DNA of 64,000 nucleotides from an uncultured Chloroflexia bacterium (GTDB lineage Bacteria; Chloroflexota; Limnocylindria; Limnocylindrales; CSP1-4): NCBI GenBank assembly GCA_963768655.1, contig CAVYIM010000007.1, positions 32,001 to 96,000 of the forward strand, read 5' to 3'. Shown piece by piece: positions 33,113 to 42,160 of this stretch (position 1 is its first letter; each line of letters starts with the position of its first letter). The notes under the pieces were generated by a model. It saw only the letters and a program-made list of their open reading frames with translations, ran no database searches and was not told where the DNA came from. The position numbers and the translations under genes were made by a program.

Positions 33113-33940
33113 CTACCCCGTGACGGAGCAGTCGGTCGCGCCGTCATGTGCCGTCCGCTTGGACAGATCTGCCGTGGCCAGCTTCGATCGCACCCAGCCT
33201 GCCGCGATACCGAGCGCCCCTCGGCCCTCCCCGAGCTTGTCGAGCGCCGTCGACTTGGCCGGCTCGACGAGGTCGGCTACGAGCTCCGCTGTGCGCCGGG
33301 AGAGTGCCTCGGGGTCTGGAGGTTCGGCCGCTGGAACGCCGTCGAGGTCGGCCAGACGGTTCGCCGTATCCGCGATCCCCTCGGTGCTCCGGACCTGCTC
33401 GTCCCAGGCCGCTGCCACGTCGGGGAAGAGGGCGGCATGACCATCGAGGTAGCGGCCTTCGACGATCTCGCGCGCCCGCTGGGCGGCATCGAGCTCCCCG
33501 ACCTGTATGGCGAGCAGGCGGATCACGGTGGCGAACCGCTCGCGGTATGCCGGGCCGGCCCGACCCTTGGCGTCCTCCTTCGCTAGCAGAGCCAGCTGGG
33601 CAGCGAAGAGGGCATCGAGGAGTTGCCCGCGTTCCAGTAGCTCGTGCGCCGTGACGTTGATCCGCATCACCAGCTCGAACCGAAAGACCGTCTCGCGCAG
33701 GGCGGTCCGAACCGCGGCATCGACTACTTCCGGACGCTTGCCGCGCATGGCTGTCCGGGCCACGTGTGCCGCTTCCCGAGCCAGTCCGTCCAGCGGTGCC
33801 ACCGGTGGATCCGCCGCCAGGAGCGAGCCGACGTAGGACTCGATGTCACCGAAGCCATGGGCCCCTGCCAGCCAGCGCAGGACCAGCTGCGTTGGGGAGA
33901 GGGAGGCTTCGAGCCGCTCGACGCGCCGGCTCAGGCTCAT
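33113..33940 (-). CDS. Hypothetical helical protein, last gene of right-end operon
   Basis: ATGA overlap with upstream gene. Confidence 0.7.
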   Translation of the reverse strand: MSLSRRVERLEASLSPTQLVLRWLAGAHGFGDIESYVGSLLAADPPVAPLDGLAREAAHVARTAMRGKRPEVVDAAVRTALRETVFRFELVMRINVTAHELLERGQLLDALFAAQLALLAKEDAKGRAGPAYRERFATVIRLLAIQVGELDAAQRAREIVEGRYLDGHAALFPDVAAAWDEQVRSTEGIADTANRLADLDGVPAAEPPDPEALSRRTAELVADLVEPAKSTALDKLGEGRGALGIAAGWVRSKLATADLSKRTAHDGATDCSVTG

Positions 33941-34359
33941 CGCGGTTCCTCGGCCGGGAAGGCGGCCTCGCCGTCGGCAGCTCGCGCCTGGCCGAGGGCC
34001 GCTTCCAGAGCAGCCAGGCGGGCCTCGAGCTCACCGACTTCGAGGAGCCGGCTTGCTGCGGTGGCGGCTGCGATCAGGACCCGGCAGCGGGCGATCGAGT
34101 TCTCCAGCCCCAGAGCATCCAGAGTCGCGATCTCGAGGACCCGCTCGATCGAGTCGCTGGTCCGCAGACCCTCGAAGTCATAGGCGAGCGAGAGGGTCTT
34201 CTCCCGCCGCCGCCGCAGCCCGCCGAGCTTGCGGGCCTCGGCTGCCTCGACGCTGTGGTCGGGCGAGTGCATGAAGCAGTACTCCTCATCGCGCAGCGGC
34301 GCAGCCGGACAGCGCTTGCCGTCGGCAGTGGCGGCCCGGCAGACCCTCTTGGTTGTCAT
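33937..34359 (-). CDS. Cys/His protein (HGGxSTG-like, C-x9-C-x10-C-x2-H)
   Basis: CRAATADGKRCPAAPLRDEEYCFMH...ARKLGG; phage/element-associated pattern. Confidence 0.65.
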   Translation of the reverse strand: MTTKRVCRAATADGKRCPAAPLRDEEYCFMHSPDHSVEAAEARKLGGLRRRREKTLSLAYDFEGLRTSDSIERVLEIATLDALGLENSIARCRVLIAAATAASRLLEVGELEARLAALEAALGQARAADGEAAFPAEEPR

Positions 34360-34390
34360 TGCTTGACTTTGCTTGTCATTGCTTGACTCG
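34351..34390. repeat. Four 10-bp tandem repeats (gcttgwcwtt-like)
   Basis: ggttgtcatt gcttgacttt gcttgtcatt gcttgactcg. Confidence 0.7.
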
Positions 34391-34481
34391 CAGCGGCAGT
34401 TGCTTACCCACGATCGCGTCATATGGTCGGGTTGGGGACGCGCCAACGGCCGCCACGTTCGCGGGCAGGTTGCGGGTCGGC

Positions 34482-35723
34482 TCATTCATCGATGCGCTCC
34501 GCCGCTTGGCCGCTGAAGCGCTCCCAGCGCCCCAGCACCACGTCGGCGTAGGTCGGGTCCAGCTCGATGCCGGCGCAGGTCCGGCCGGTCCGCTCGCAGG
34601 CGATCAGCGTCGAGCCTGATCCGAGGAAGGGATCCAGGACGAGGTCTCCAGCTGAGGAGCTGTTGGCGATTGCCCGCTCCATCAAGGCCAGGGGTTTCAT
34701 GGTCGGGTGGAGCGGTGCATCGGCGGGTCTGGCTATCTCCCAGACGTCGTCCTGATCCCGGTCCCCGCACCAGTGGCGACTCGCTCCTTCCCGCCAGCCA
34801 TACCAGATCGGCTCATAGCTTCGTTGGTAGTCGGCCCGGCCGATGACGAACCTATCCTTGTGCCAGATGAGGGTGTCGGACCAGTGACCTCCCTCCTCGG
34901 CGAGGATCCGCGATACGAGCGGCATCTCCTTGCTCGACATGCAGCAGTAGATCGCGCCGTCGACGCCGGCCAGCAACGTTCTCGCCCAGGCCCGCACGAA
35001 GGCTTCCCAGGCGGATGGGTCCAGGGAGTCGTTGGCGATGCGGCGTCTTCGAGACCCCCGCTGGTGGCCGCCGTGGTCGCCGAGCGACACGTTGTATGGA
35101 GGATCGGTGAAGGCCATGCCGGCACGCTTCCCGCGCAGCACGCTATCCACGTCCTCGGGCTTGGTCGCGTCCCCGACCAGGAGGCGATGCTCACCTGGAG
35201 CCCAGAGCTCTCCGGGTTTGGTCCGAGGTGCACGGGTCGCTTCTTCGAGCGCGGACTCGAGGTCGAAGTTCTCCGGGCGTTCGGCCTTCTCGCGGGTCAC
35301 CATGCTCCGCAGCAGGTCGGCGATCTCGTCCTCTCCGAACCCCGAGAGCGAGAGGTCGATCTCCGGGCTGGCTCGGAGGTCGGCCAGTAGCCGAGCCAGG
35401 AGTTGCTCGTCCCAGGAGCCGGAGATCCTGTTCAGGGCCAGGTTGAGCAGGTGGGCCTGCTCGGCCGAGAGGTCCAGGTACGTCACCGGGACCGTCGCGA
35501 GTCCAAGCCGCCGCGCGGCGAGCAGACGCTGGTGGCCGCCGATGACGGTCTTGTCCTCCCGGCGCGCGAGCACCGGCTGGACGAAACCGAACTGGCGGAG
35601 GCTGCGCTCCAGAGATTCCAGCTCCTCATCGGAGATCCTTCGGGGATTGGCCGGGTCCGGATGCAGGAGATCGATTGCGACCTCTTCGAGGGCGAGAGAG
35701 GGCAGGGGAGTGGGGACGCTCAT
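34482..35723 (-). CDS. ParB-N domain + N4/N6 DNA methyltransferase
   Basis: NPR..FGFVQPV..IGGHQR; FTDPPY; HPTMKP; DPFLGSGST. Confidence 0.9.
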   Translation of the reverse strand: MSVPTPLPSLALEEVAIDLLHPDPANPRRISDEELESLERSLRQFGFVQPVLARREDKTVIGGHQRLLAARRLGLATVPVTYLDLSAEQAHLLNLALNRISGSWDEQLLARLLADLRASPEIDLSLSGFGEDEIADLLRSMVTREKAERPENFDLESALEEATRAPRTKPGELWAPGEHRLLVGDATKPEDVDSVLRGKRAGMAFTDPPYNVSLGDHGGHQRGSRRRRIANDSLDPSAWEAFVRAWARTLLAGVDGAIYCCMSSKEMPLVSRILAEEGGHWSDTLIWHKDRFVIGRADYQRSYEPIWYGWREGASRHWCGDRDQDDVWEIARPADAPLHPTMKPLALMERAIANSSSAGDLVLDPFLGSGSTLIACERTGRTCAGIELDPTYADVVLGRWERFSGQAAERIDE

Positions 35724-37072
35724 CTTGGTTCTCCTTGGCGGGATCGAGTGGGACTGCCAGACACGGTTCCTCCAAGGAGGGAGTCGTCGTCCCAGAGGCT
35801 GGCCGCTCCTGGCTGCGAGGATGGCGTGGAACGCGAAGAGACCGGTTCTTCCCTAGAGGAGGAGATCGGTGTCTTCGGTGTCTTGGTCGGTGTCTTCGGA
35901 CTCTTCGGAGTCTTCGATGGAACCGGTGAAGGCACCGAAGGCACCGAAGGCTCCGATCTTTGGGCTGACGATCGGAGCGACCAGACCCACCCGCCCCCGA
36001 AGCCCTCCTTGGCGGTGCGGACGCCGGCCCGCTCCCGGGCGCGCCCGAGGTTGTCCTGGGAACTGATGTCGAAGCCCTGTGCCTCTAGGGCACGGTATGC
36101 GTCGGCTGCGGCCATCGAGCCGCCGTGGGAGCCCAGAAGCTCCCGCATCGCGTCGGCCAGCTCGGCCGTCTTGGAGCGCCCGACAGCCTCCTCGCGGGTC
36201 CGCCCGATGAGGTCCTCGGCCGTGCGCTCCGAGGTTCCTTCCCAGGCGATGTGGGACGGCTCGTAGGGACCATCGGCCACGATCCGGTATGCCAGAGACG
36301 GCGGTCGTCGGGCGACGTTGAGCTTGATCGGGGCCAGGATCAGAAGATCGGGGTCGCTGCTGTCGCGCCCCACGGCGAGGACGCTGCGGGCGAGTCCGGT
36401 GAAGCCGATCGAGCCACCGCCGCGATAGAGGGCGTCCTCGCCGGCGCGCTTGTTGAGATGACGGATGGCGACGACCGCGGCGTCGAGGCGGCCGGCCATC
36501 TGTGCCAGCGGCTCCAGGGCCCGGCGGACCCGGTGGTCGTCGTTGGTCTTGACGCCGTCCCCGAGGTAGGCGACGAGCGGATCGATGACGATGAGGCGAG
36601 CCCGCAGGTTGCTCGCAGTGGCTTCGAGCCGATCGATCTGGTCGGGCAGGACGAGCTCGCGCACCAGATGGAAGCGAGACGGGTCTCCGCCGGCGCGCAG
36701 CAGCCGAGGCAGGATGGTGTCCTCGGCGTCGTCCTCGGCCGTGATGTAGATGGTCGTGAAGGCGTCGCCCAGAGGTTCACCGCTAGGGGACGAGCCGCCG
36801 ACCGAGCCACGCGACGCAATGTCGAGCAGGATCGTCGACTTACCGAGCCCAGGGTCGCCATCGAGGATCGTGACCTTGCGCAGAGGGACGTAGCCGCGCC
36901 ACAGCCAGTCGATGGGCCGGGTCCGGACCTCTGAGAGATCGATCGTCGCGAGCGGTTCGGCGAGGGGCACGAGGGGCTTGATCGTGGGAACGCCGTCCTG
37001 GGCGCTCTCGCTGACACGCGCAAACACCTTGCGGGCTGCAGCACTGTCTCCGAGGCGCTCGAAGGTGCTCAT
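35720..37072 (-). CDS. AAA_25/RepA-like ATPase (putative replicative helicase)
   Basis: WLW, GDPGLGKS, AED, IVIDP, HLNK, GGSIG; ATG overlaps LSR stop. Confidence 0.85.
   Translation of the reverse strand: MSTFERLGDSAAARKVFARVSESAQDGVPTIKPLVPLAEPLATIDLSEVRTRPIDWLWRGYVPLRKVTILDGDPGLGKSTILLDIASRGSVGGSSPSGEPLGDAFTTIYITAEDDAEDTILPRLLRAGGDPSRFHLVRELVLPDQIDRLEATASNLRARLIVIDPLVAYLGDGVKTNDDHRVRRALEPLAQMAGRLDAAVVAIRHLNKRAGEDALYRGGGSIGFTGLARSVLAVGRDSSDPDLLILAPIKLNVARRPPSLAYRIVADGPYEPSHIAWEGTSERTAEDLIGRTREEAVGRSKTAELADAMRELLGSHGGSMAAADAYRALEAQGFDISSQDNLGRARERAGVRTAKEGFGGGWVWSLRSSAQRSEPSVPSVPSPVPSKTPKSPKTPTKTPKTPISSSREEPVSSRSTPSSQPGAASLWDDDSLLGGTVSGSPTRSRQGEPR
35868..35954. repeat. Iteron-like 9-bp repeats in two inverted groups (putative ori)
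   Basis: 5x ggtgtcttc-like followed by 3x gaaggcacc-like (its reverse complement) inside ATPase 3' end. Confidence 0.6.
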
Positions 37073-38718
37073 CCCACCACTACCCTCCCGCGACCGACCG
37101 GCAGCTCGATCACGCGGCGCAGGACGGTGTAGTTGTGACTTGCAGGGATGCCCGTGCAAGTGGGAACTACACACGGGAAGCGATATGTCACGAGCGCCTT
37201 GGCGGTCTTGCGGCCGTCCTCACCGATGGTGGTGTGGACGACGATGCCGACCAGGAGCCGGACGATCTCCTGGCGCTGAGCGTCGGTCAGGCCTGCGTCC
37301 AGGCGGGCGCGGACCTCGGATAGGAGGTCATGGACCTCTTGGGGGACGACCTCGGCACGTGGCGCCTGCGGCGCTGTCACGCGGGCTTCTAGGGCGGTCC
37401 GCTCGGTGGCGATGCGGTCGAGTTCGGCATCAAGCTCGTCATCAGGCAGCCGGCCGCGGATGTTGAGGGCGATGGCCGCCTTGCGCTGGCTGTCGAGAGC
37501 ATCGAGCGCCCGAGCGAGCGTGATCGAGGTGGCCTCAGCAATAGCTGCCTGAGCGTCTCGCTCGGCGGGGCCATCGAGTCCATCGAGGGCATCACCAGGG
37601 TTTCGCAGCCAGGCCTCGATGTCGGCCCAGACGGCAGGTTCGATCGAGTCGGCCCGAACCGAGCAGCCCGGGCAGCGACCGGCGAGGACGCCGCGTTCGA
37701 CGAGCTGCCCGCCGCAGCGATACCAGCCGGCGTCGCGGCTCCACGAGCCGACGTAGGTGAGGCCGCAGATGCCGCAGCGCACGACACCCTTGAGCAGGTA
37801 GACGCGGTTGGTGTTCTTGGTGCAGCGGCGGTTGGCAGCCAGGGCATCCTGAGCGGCTTGCCAGAGAGTAGGGGAGACCAAGCCCTCGATCGGCGCCACG
37901 ATCACCTGCCGGTCCTTCTTCTTGGTGCGCCGGCCGTAGGAGAGCTGGCCCCGATAGATCGGGTTGGTGACCATGTTGCGGATCAGGCCGGCTCGCCAGA
38001 GGGCCTGAGTCCTCCTGCCCCGGACACCCCGACCATCGCGGGCATAGGCGGTCGGAACCCCGAGGGCGTTCAGTTCGCCCGCGACGCGCCGGCAGCTCCA
38101 GCCCGCCAGGGCGATCCACTCGTACATCCGGCGCACCACCCCTGCCGCCGATAGGTCAGCCCAGACGTTCGCCTCGTCGGGCACGAGGCTCGCCGACTCC
38201 TTGCGGCCCTCGGGGCGATATCCGTAGGCGACGATGCCGCCGCAGTACCTTCCCTCTCTCGCGGCCCGGTTCATGCCGTCGGCACTGCGTCGGGCGAACT
38301 CACGGCGGTAGTGGTCGGCTACGACGGCTTGGACGTCGTAGCCGAGGAGATCCGGCTGCCCTTCGACCACCGACACCAGGGCGATGCCCAGAGCATCCAG
38401 GCGGCGGCGGACGACCAGGAGATCCACCGCGTCGCGGCCGAGGCGGTCGACCTTGTAGACCCACAGCTCCTCGAAGCGCCCGGCGACGGCATCTTCGAGG
38501 AGGCGTCGACCATCAGGCCGTTCGGCGATCGGGATCGTGCCCGATACGCCGTCGTCGACGTAGCGGCCCACGAGCTCGACGCCGGGCTGGCGCTCCAGGT
38601 GACGGGCGATCTCGTCGGTCTGGGTGCGGATCGTCTCGCGCTCGCGCTGGTCCTCGCTGCTGACCCGCTCGTATGTCGCCACCCGCCGAACCGCCGGGAC
38701 CGCTGCAGCCATGCTCAT
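37069..38718 (-). CDS. Large serine recombinase 2
   Basis: YERVSS, DRLGR, NPIYRG, CGICG; paralog of LSR1; reads through junction. Confidence 0.93.
   Translation of the reverse strand: MSMAAAVPAVRRVATYERVSSEDQRERETIRTQTDEIARHLERQPGVELVGRYVDDGVSGTIPIAERPDGRRLLEDAVAGRFEELWVYKVDRLGRDAVDLLVVRRRLDALGIALVSVVEGQPDLLGYDVQAVVADHYRREFARRSADGMNRAAREGRYCGGIVAYGYRPEGRKESASLVPDEANVWADLSAAGVVRRMYEWIALAGWSCRRVAGELNALGVPTAYARDGRGVRGRRTQALWRAGLIRNMVTNPIYRGQLSYGRRTKKKDRQVIVAPIEGLVSPTLWQAAQDALAANRRCTKNTNRVYLLKGVVRCGICGLTYVGSWSRDAGWYRCGGQLVERGVLAGRCPGCSVRADSIEPAVWADIEAWLRNPGDALDGLDGPAERDAQAAIAEATSITLARALDALDSQRKAAIALNIRGRLPDDELDAELDRIATERTALEARVTAPQAPRAEVVPQEVHDLLSEVRARLDAGLTDAQRQEIVRLLVGIVVHTTIGEDGRKTAKALVTYRFPCVVPTCTGIPASHNYTVLRRVIELPVGRGRVVVG
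37127..37179. other. attP-type junction between elements 1 and 2
   Basis: gtgtagttgtgacttgca-ggga-TG-cccg-tgcaagtgggaactacac: 15/18 inverted arms around central TG (37149-37150). Confidence 0.85.
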
Positions 38719-38906
38719 CGGACACCTCCCAAACCGCGCTCGGGAAGCTGCCGGGGGAGGCCAAGCACCACCCGCAGGGCAGCCGCCATCGCCTCGCGGT
38801 CCGGCGTCCATGAACGCTCTATCTCGGGCGGGTTAGCAAGGCGGCGCGGCCAGGGCGTGGGGTTCGCCGCGGCGGACGCCGCGGCGAAGCAGGCGGTGGC
38901 ATTCAT
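38715..38906 (-). CDS. Small protein coupled to LSR2
   Basis: ERSWTPD.EAM.AALRVVLGLPRQLP shared with 5109-5315. Confidence 0.7.
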   Translation of the reverse strand: MNATACFAAASAAANPTPWPRRLANPPEIERSWTPDREAMAAALRVVLGLPRQLPERGLGGVR

Positions 38907-39022
38907 CGCCAACCGCTCGGCCTTCGTTTGCGCCCACTTGCCCGTCACGCCGCTTGGACCTCCGCTCGGCGAGTGCCAGCCCGCCAGCGCTCGCAGGCAC
39001 AGAGAATGACGGCCTGGCCTTG

Positions 39023-39739
39023 CTATAGCGGTGGTGCTAATTCGCGCGGGACCCTCACTGGCAGGCCCACCTGAGTCCATGTTCGGCGATTGGTGAGACA
39101 GACCGTGCGCTGGTAGTCCCTGAGCCGCTGGCGGTCGACGGCGTTGGCGCGACAGCCTGCCTTCAGGACCGCGTGCATGTCTGGGGCGGCCAGGGCGCCG
39201 TCGGATTCGCATTCCCAGCTCAGCCAGGTCCTCACGGCACGAAGATGGCTGAGGCCAGCGTCGCGCAGTCCAAGGACGACCACAGCGCGGGCCAGGATCT
39301 CCCGCGACATCGTCTTGCGCTTGTCGTCCTGGCGGCCCGTCAGGAAGGCTCTGAGGAAGACCGCCACATTTGGATCGTCGGCGATCTTTCCTAGACGGCG
39401 CCGGGCAGTGTCGCGGTCCCGGATGATCTCTCCGCTGCGAAGTCGCAGGTAGGGCCCGACGACATCGAACGAGATGCCCGAACGGCCCAGGGGCTTCTCA
39501 GACGCGTCATCGTCACGGACCCACCACTGGCCGTCGGCCTCCAGGTACTTGTGCCAAGGCGCCGCAGCGAGTACGTCCGCGGAGGGCTTTGAACCAACCG
39601 GGTCGTACGCTGGAGCAGCCATCTTGACCCAGCGAGCAAGCACGTCGGCCGGAGTCAGGGCCTCCATGTCGGCGAGAACGTCGCTGTACCAGGCGTGCCA
39701 CTCGTCGATCGGGTAGATGAGACGCGCGCGGCTCGGCAT
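39023..39739 (-). CDS. Hypothetical protein (start uncertain)
   Basis: Protein-like ORF between promoter and small ORF. Confidence 0.55.
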   Translation of the reverse strand: MPSRARLIYPIDEWHAWYSDVLADMEALTPADVLARWVKMAAPAYDPVGSKPSADVLAAAPWHKYLEADGQWWVRDDDASEKPLGRSGISFDVVGPYLRLRSGEIIRDRDTARRRLGKIADDPNVAVFLRAFLTGRQDDKRKTMSREILARAVVVLGLRDAGLSHLRAVRTWLSWECESDGALAAPDMHAVLKAGCRANAVDRQRLRDYQRTVCLTNRRTWTQVGLPVRVPRELAPPL

Positions 39740-39875
39740 GCTCCACAGGCTAGCAGCGGCCGCTGGCCCGGCCATCGGATGTCGTGGGTCGGGACGCCTG
39801 TGGCATCACCCTCGCTGGCTCGCTCACCGTCGTCCGGCATCGGCCCGGTCACAGAGCGGAGCCCGACCCGGTCGG

Positions 39876-39912
39876 ACCATAGCGAACGCCGCTTATCTGC
39901 GGCTTATCTGGA
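39876..39912 (-). promoter_or_regulatory. comM-type promoter of element 2
   Basis: tccagataagccgcagataagc (20/22 identical to 2380-2401), 9 nt, -10 TATGGT. Confidence 0.7.
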
Positions 39913-40274
39913 TACGTCCAATTCGTGTTGCGACCAGTCCTCCCGGATTCTAGACTGTGCCCCACGACCGCTCGCCCTTGGTGAGCCGGTCCCGCAGGCT
40001 CCCGTCGTCCTCCCCCTCGGATGCCGGGAGCCTCTTCTCGTCCCATGCCCTGTTCTGTCTGGCGCCTGGCGCTGGTCTCACGAGCGGTTGAGCCCGAGGG
40101 CCGGCTCGTGCGACACTAGGGCCAGCAAGAGAGGCTGGGTTTGCGGCGCCCACGTGGACGTAATGGGGGCCTTCCCTGATCCGAGGCTCAGTGTCGGCAA
40201 CGCCGAGGGCGAGGAGCTTCGCCGGCGGCTGCGCGGCAGCAACAGCAGTCGCTGAGCCGACCGGCGGGCGCGCT

Positions 40275-41210
40275 CTAGAGTCCGATCGCCGCCGCGACCT
40301 GAGGCCAGGCGTGGTCTTCGGTGCCTTCGAGGCGGCGCAGGTAGGTCGTCGTCGTGGCCAAGTTCGAATGATCGAGGTACGCCGATACCGCCTCGATCGA
40401 CTCGCCGGCGTCCCGACGGAGCTTCGCCGCGGTGTGGCGCAGGACGTGGATTCCTGTCGGCGCCAGACCGGCCGCCTGTAGGTACTTCCTGAACCGACTG
40501 TAGAAGGTCGAGCCAGTCACGCCTCGAACCCCGGCCCCGGCTTGCCAGAGCGACGCGCCCTTGTCCATCGATGCCAGTGACAGTCCGGCGTCGGTCAAGG
40601 TGGTGCACAGCGCCTCGTAGGCAGGGTGTGGGAGTTCGCGCCGACCTCTCTTGCCGCCCTTGCCTCGATAGCTGTAGAACACCGTCTCCGCCTCGACGCT
40701 GATGTCCCCAGCGGTCAGGCCGATTACCTCTGTGCGCCGTCGGCCGGTAAGGATGAAGGTCAGCAGGAGGGCCAGGTCACGCCGGCCTGCCACGGTGTCC
40801 GGGACAACCGCGAGGAGCCGCCGCACTTCCTCGGCTCCGTACCCGCGGGCAACCGACTGGACGGCTCGCGGCCGCTCGACCGCGTCGCAGGGGTTGGACA
40901 CGACCAGGCCCATCCGGATCAGGAAGCGGTAGAAGGACGACAGGCAGGCGATCCTGGCTCCCACCGTCGTGGCTGATGGTGTCCGCCCGGACTTGCCGAT
41001 GCCGTGGACGAAGGCCAGGACGTCGGCCGGCTTGACTCGGTCGGGCGTCTTGCCGAGGTCGGCGAAGAAGGGCCAGAGCATCCGGCTGTAGGACTCCACC
41101 GTCCGTCGGGAGCCTGAGCGGTTGCCCTTCTCTACCAGGAAGGCGTAGAGGGCCTGGTCCCAGGCGGAGGGGTCTCCGCTGGTTAGGGCGGGGAGGGGTT
41201 GAGCGGTCAT
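40275..41210 (-). CDS. Tyrosine recombinase 2
   Basis: Close paralog of 7213-8148; R, K, HVLRH, H, Y present. Confidence 0.93.
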   Translation of the reverse strand: MTAQPLPALTSGDPSAWDQALYAFLVEKGNRSGSRRTVESYSRMLWPFFADLGKTPDRVKPADVLAFVHGIGKSGRTPSATTVGARIACLSSFYRFLIRMGLVVSNPCDAVERPRAVQSVARGYGAEEVRRLLAVVPDTVAGRRDLALLLTFILTGRRRTEVIGLTAGDISVEAETVFYSYRGKGGKRGRRELPHPAYEALCTTLTDAGLSLASMDKGASLWQAGAGVRGVTGSTFYSRFRKYLQAAGLAPTGIHVLRHTAAKLRRDAGESIEAVSAYLDHSNLATTTTYLRRLEGTEDHAWPQVAAAIGL

Positions 41211-41779
41211 CGTGGGCGTCCTCGGGTGCGAGATGGATCACCCACATCCATCACTCAGCCGGCCGCGGAAAGCAACACCATCGCGGCATCGTCGCCGGCG
41301 GACTGCTGGCCCTTGCCCATGGTGGACGAGACAGCCGCCCGTCCTGCCAGAGCGCAGCAGCCATTCGGGTTCTTCGCCGGTCTGGCTCAGTGCGCCACCG
41401 TGGCGAGTTGCAACGCCACGACGGGCAGAACGATGAACACGAAGATCAGGACCGCTACGATCACCAGCACCCTGTGTCTGCTGGCGCAGCCCGTCACAGA
41501 TTGCACGATCTCACCCCCAGAGTTCATACGAGCCGGAGCCAGTCCAGCATGGCCCGCCTCGCCTCGAACGACAAGCGCCCTGGGCCGCCTACTTGCGCTC
41601 GAAGACCCCGACAGGACAGCTCACCCCCAACCCGTGCGCAATACATGAAGCTTTCGGGTTGTGCTCCGGCGATTGCCTGGTCCGTCGCGGGTGTGCCAGT
41701 GCGTCACGAGTCCCCTTGACGGGGCCAGGCTAGGGCGCCATCTTCTCGGTGTTGGCTCTGCGAACGTTCGGGGGGAGAC

Positions 41780-42133
41780 ATGGGCATGTCGAGGAAGTTG
41801 CTGGTCGCGTTGCTCGCGGTGCTGGTGGTAGCCGCGGCATTCGGCGCGGGCTACTGGATCCGAGGCAACAATGGCTTGCACCCGGCCATCTACACCGCCG
41901 ACCGCTGCGACACCGGAGAGATTGGCGGATCATGCATCGTCGGTGGCACGACCTACGGCTTCGAGTCTCCACCAAGCTGGACCGACAGCGGGGGCGTCTT
42001 CCATGACAGCGGTTGGCCGACGTGCTTGCCGCAGATGAGCTCGGTCAAGGGCTTGCGGATCGCGGCTGACTGGCTGTACGTGGGACCCGGCGCTGAGGCA
42101 CACGTGTTCTGGGTGGACTGCCAGAACCGCTAG
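41780..42133 (+). CDS. Small secreted/membrane-anchored protein
   Basis: N-terminal TM, four Cys, GGAG RBS. Confidence 0.65.
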   Translation: MGMSRKLLVALLAVLVVAAAFGAGYWIRGNNGLHPAIYTADRCDTGEIGGSCIVGGTTYGFESPPSWTDSGGVFHDSGWPTCLPQMSSVKGLRIAADWLYVGPGAEAHVFWVDCQNR

Positions 42134-42160
42134 CTCCACACGGCCACGGGTGGCGAGTGC

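Larger units (their letters stand above)
3531..37150. mobile_element. Integrative element 1 (LSR, comM-targeting, satellite/IME-like)
   Basis: Bounded by att repeats; LSR, tyrosine recombinase and TerS-like gene at left; ATPase/ParB-MTase operon at right; cargo between. Confidence 0.85.

Noticed and set aside
35720-37174. ATPase start at 37174
   Set aside because: Would cross the att junction and overlap LSR2; ATG at 37072 with upstream GGGAGG-like sequence and stop overlap is better
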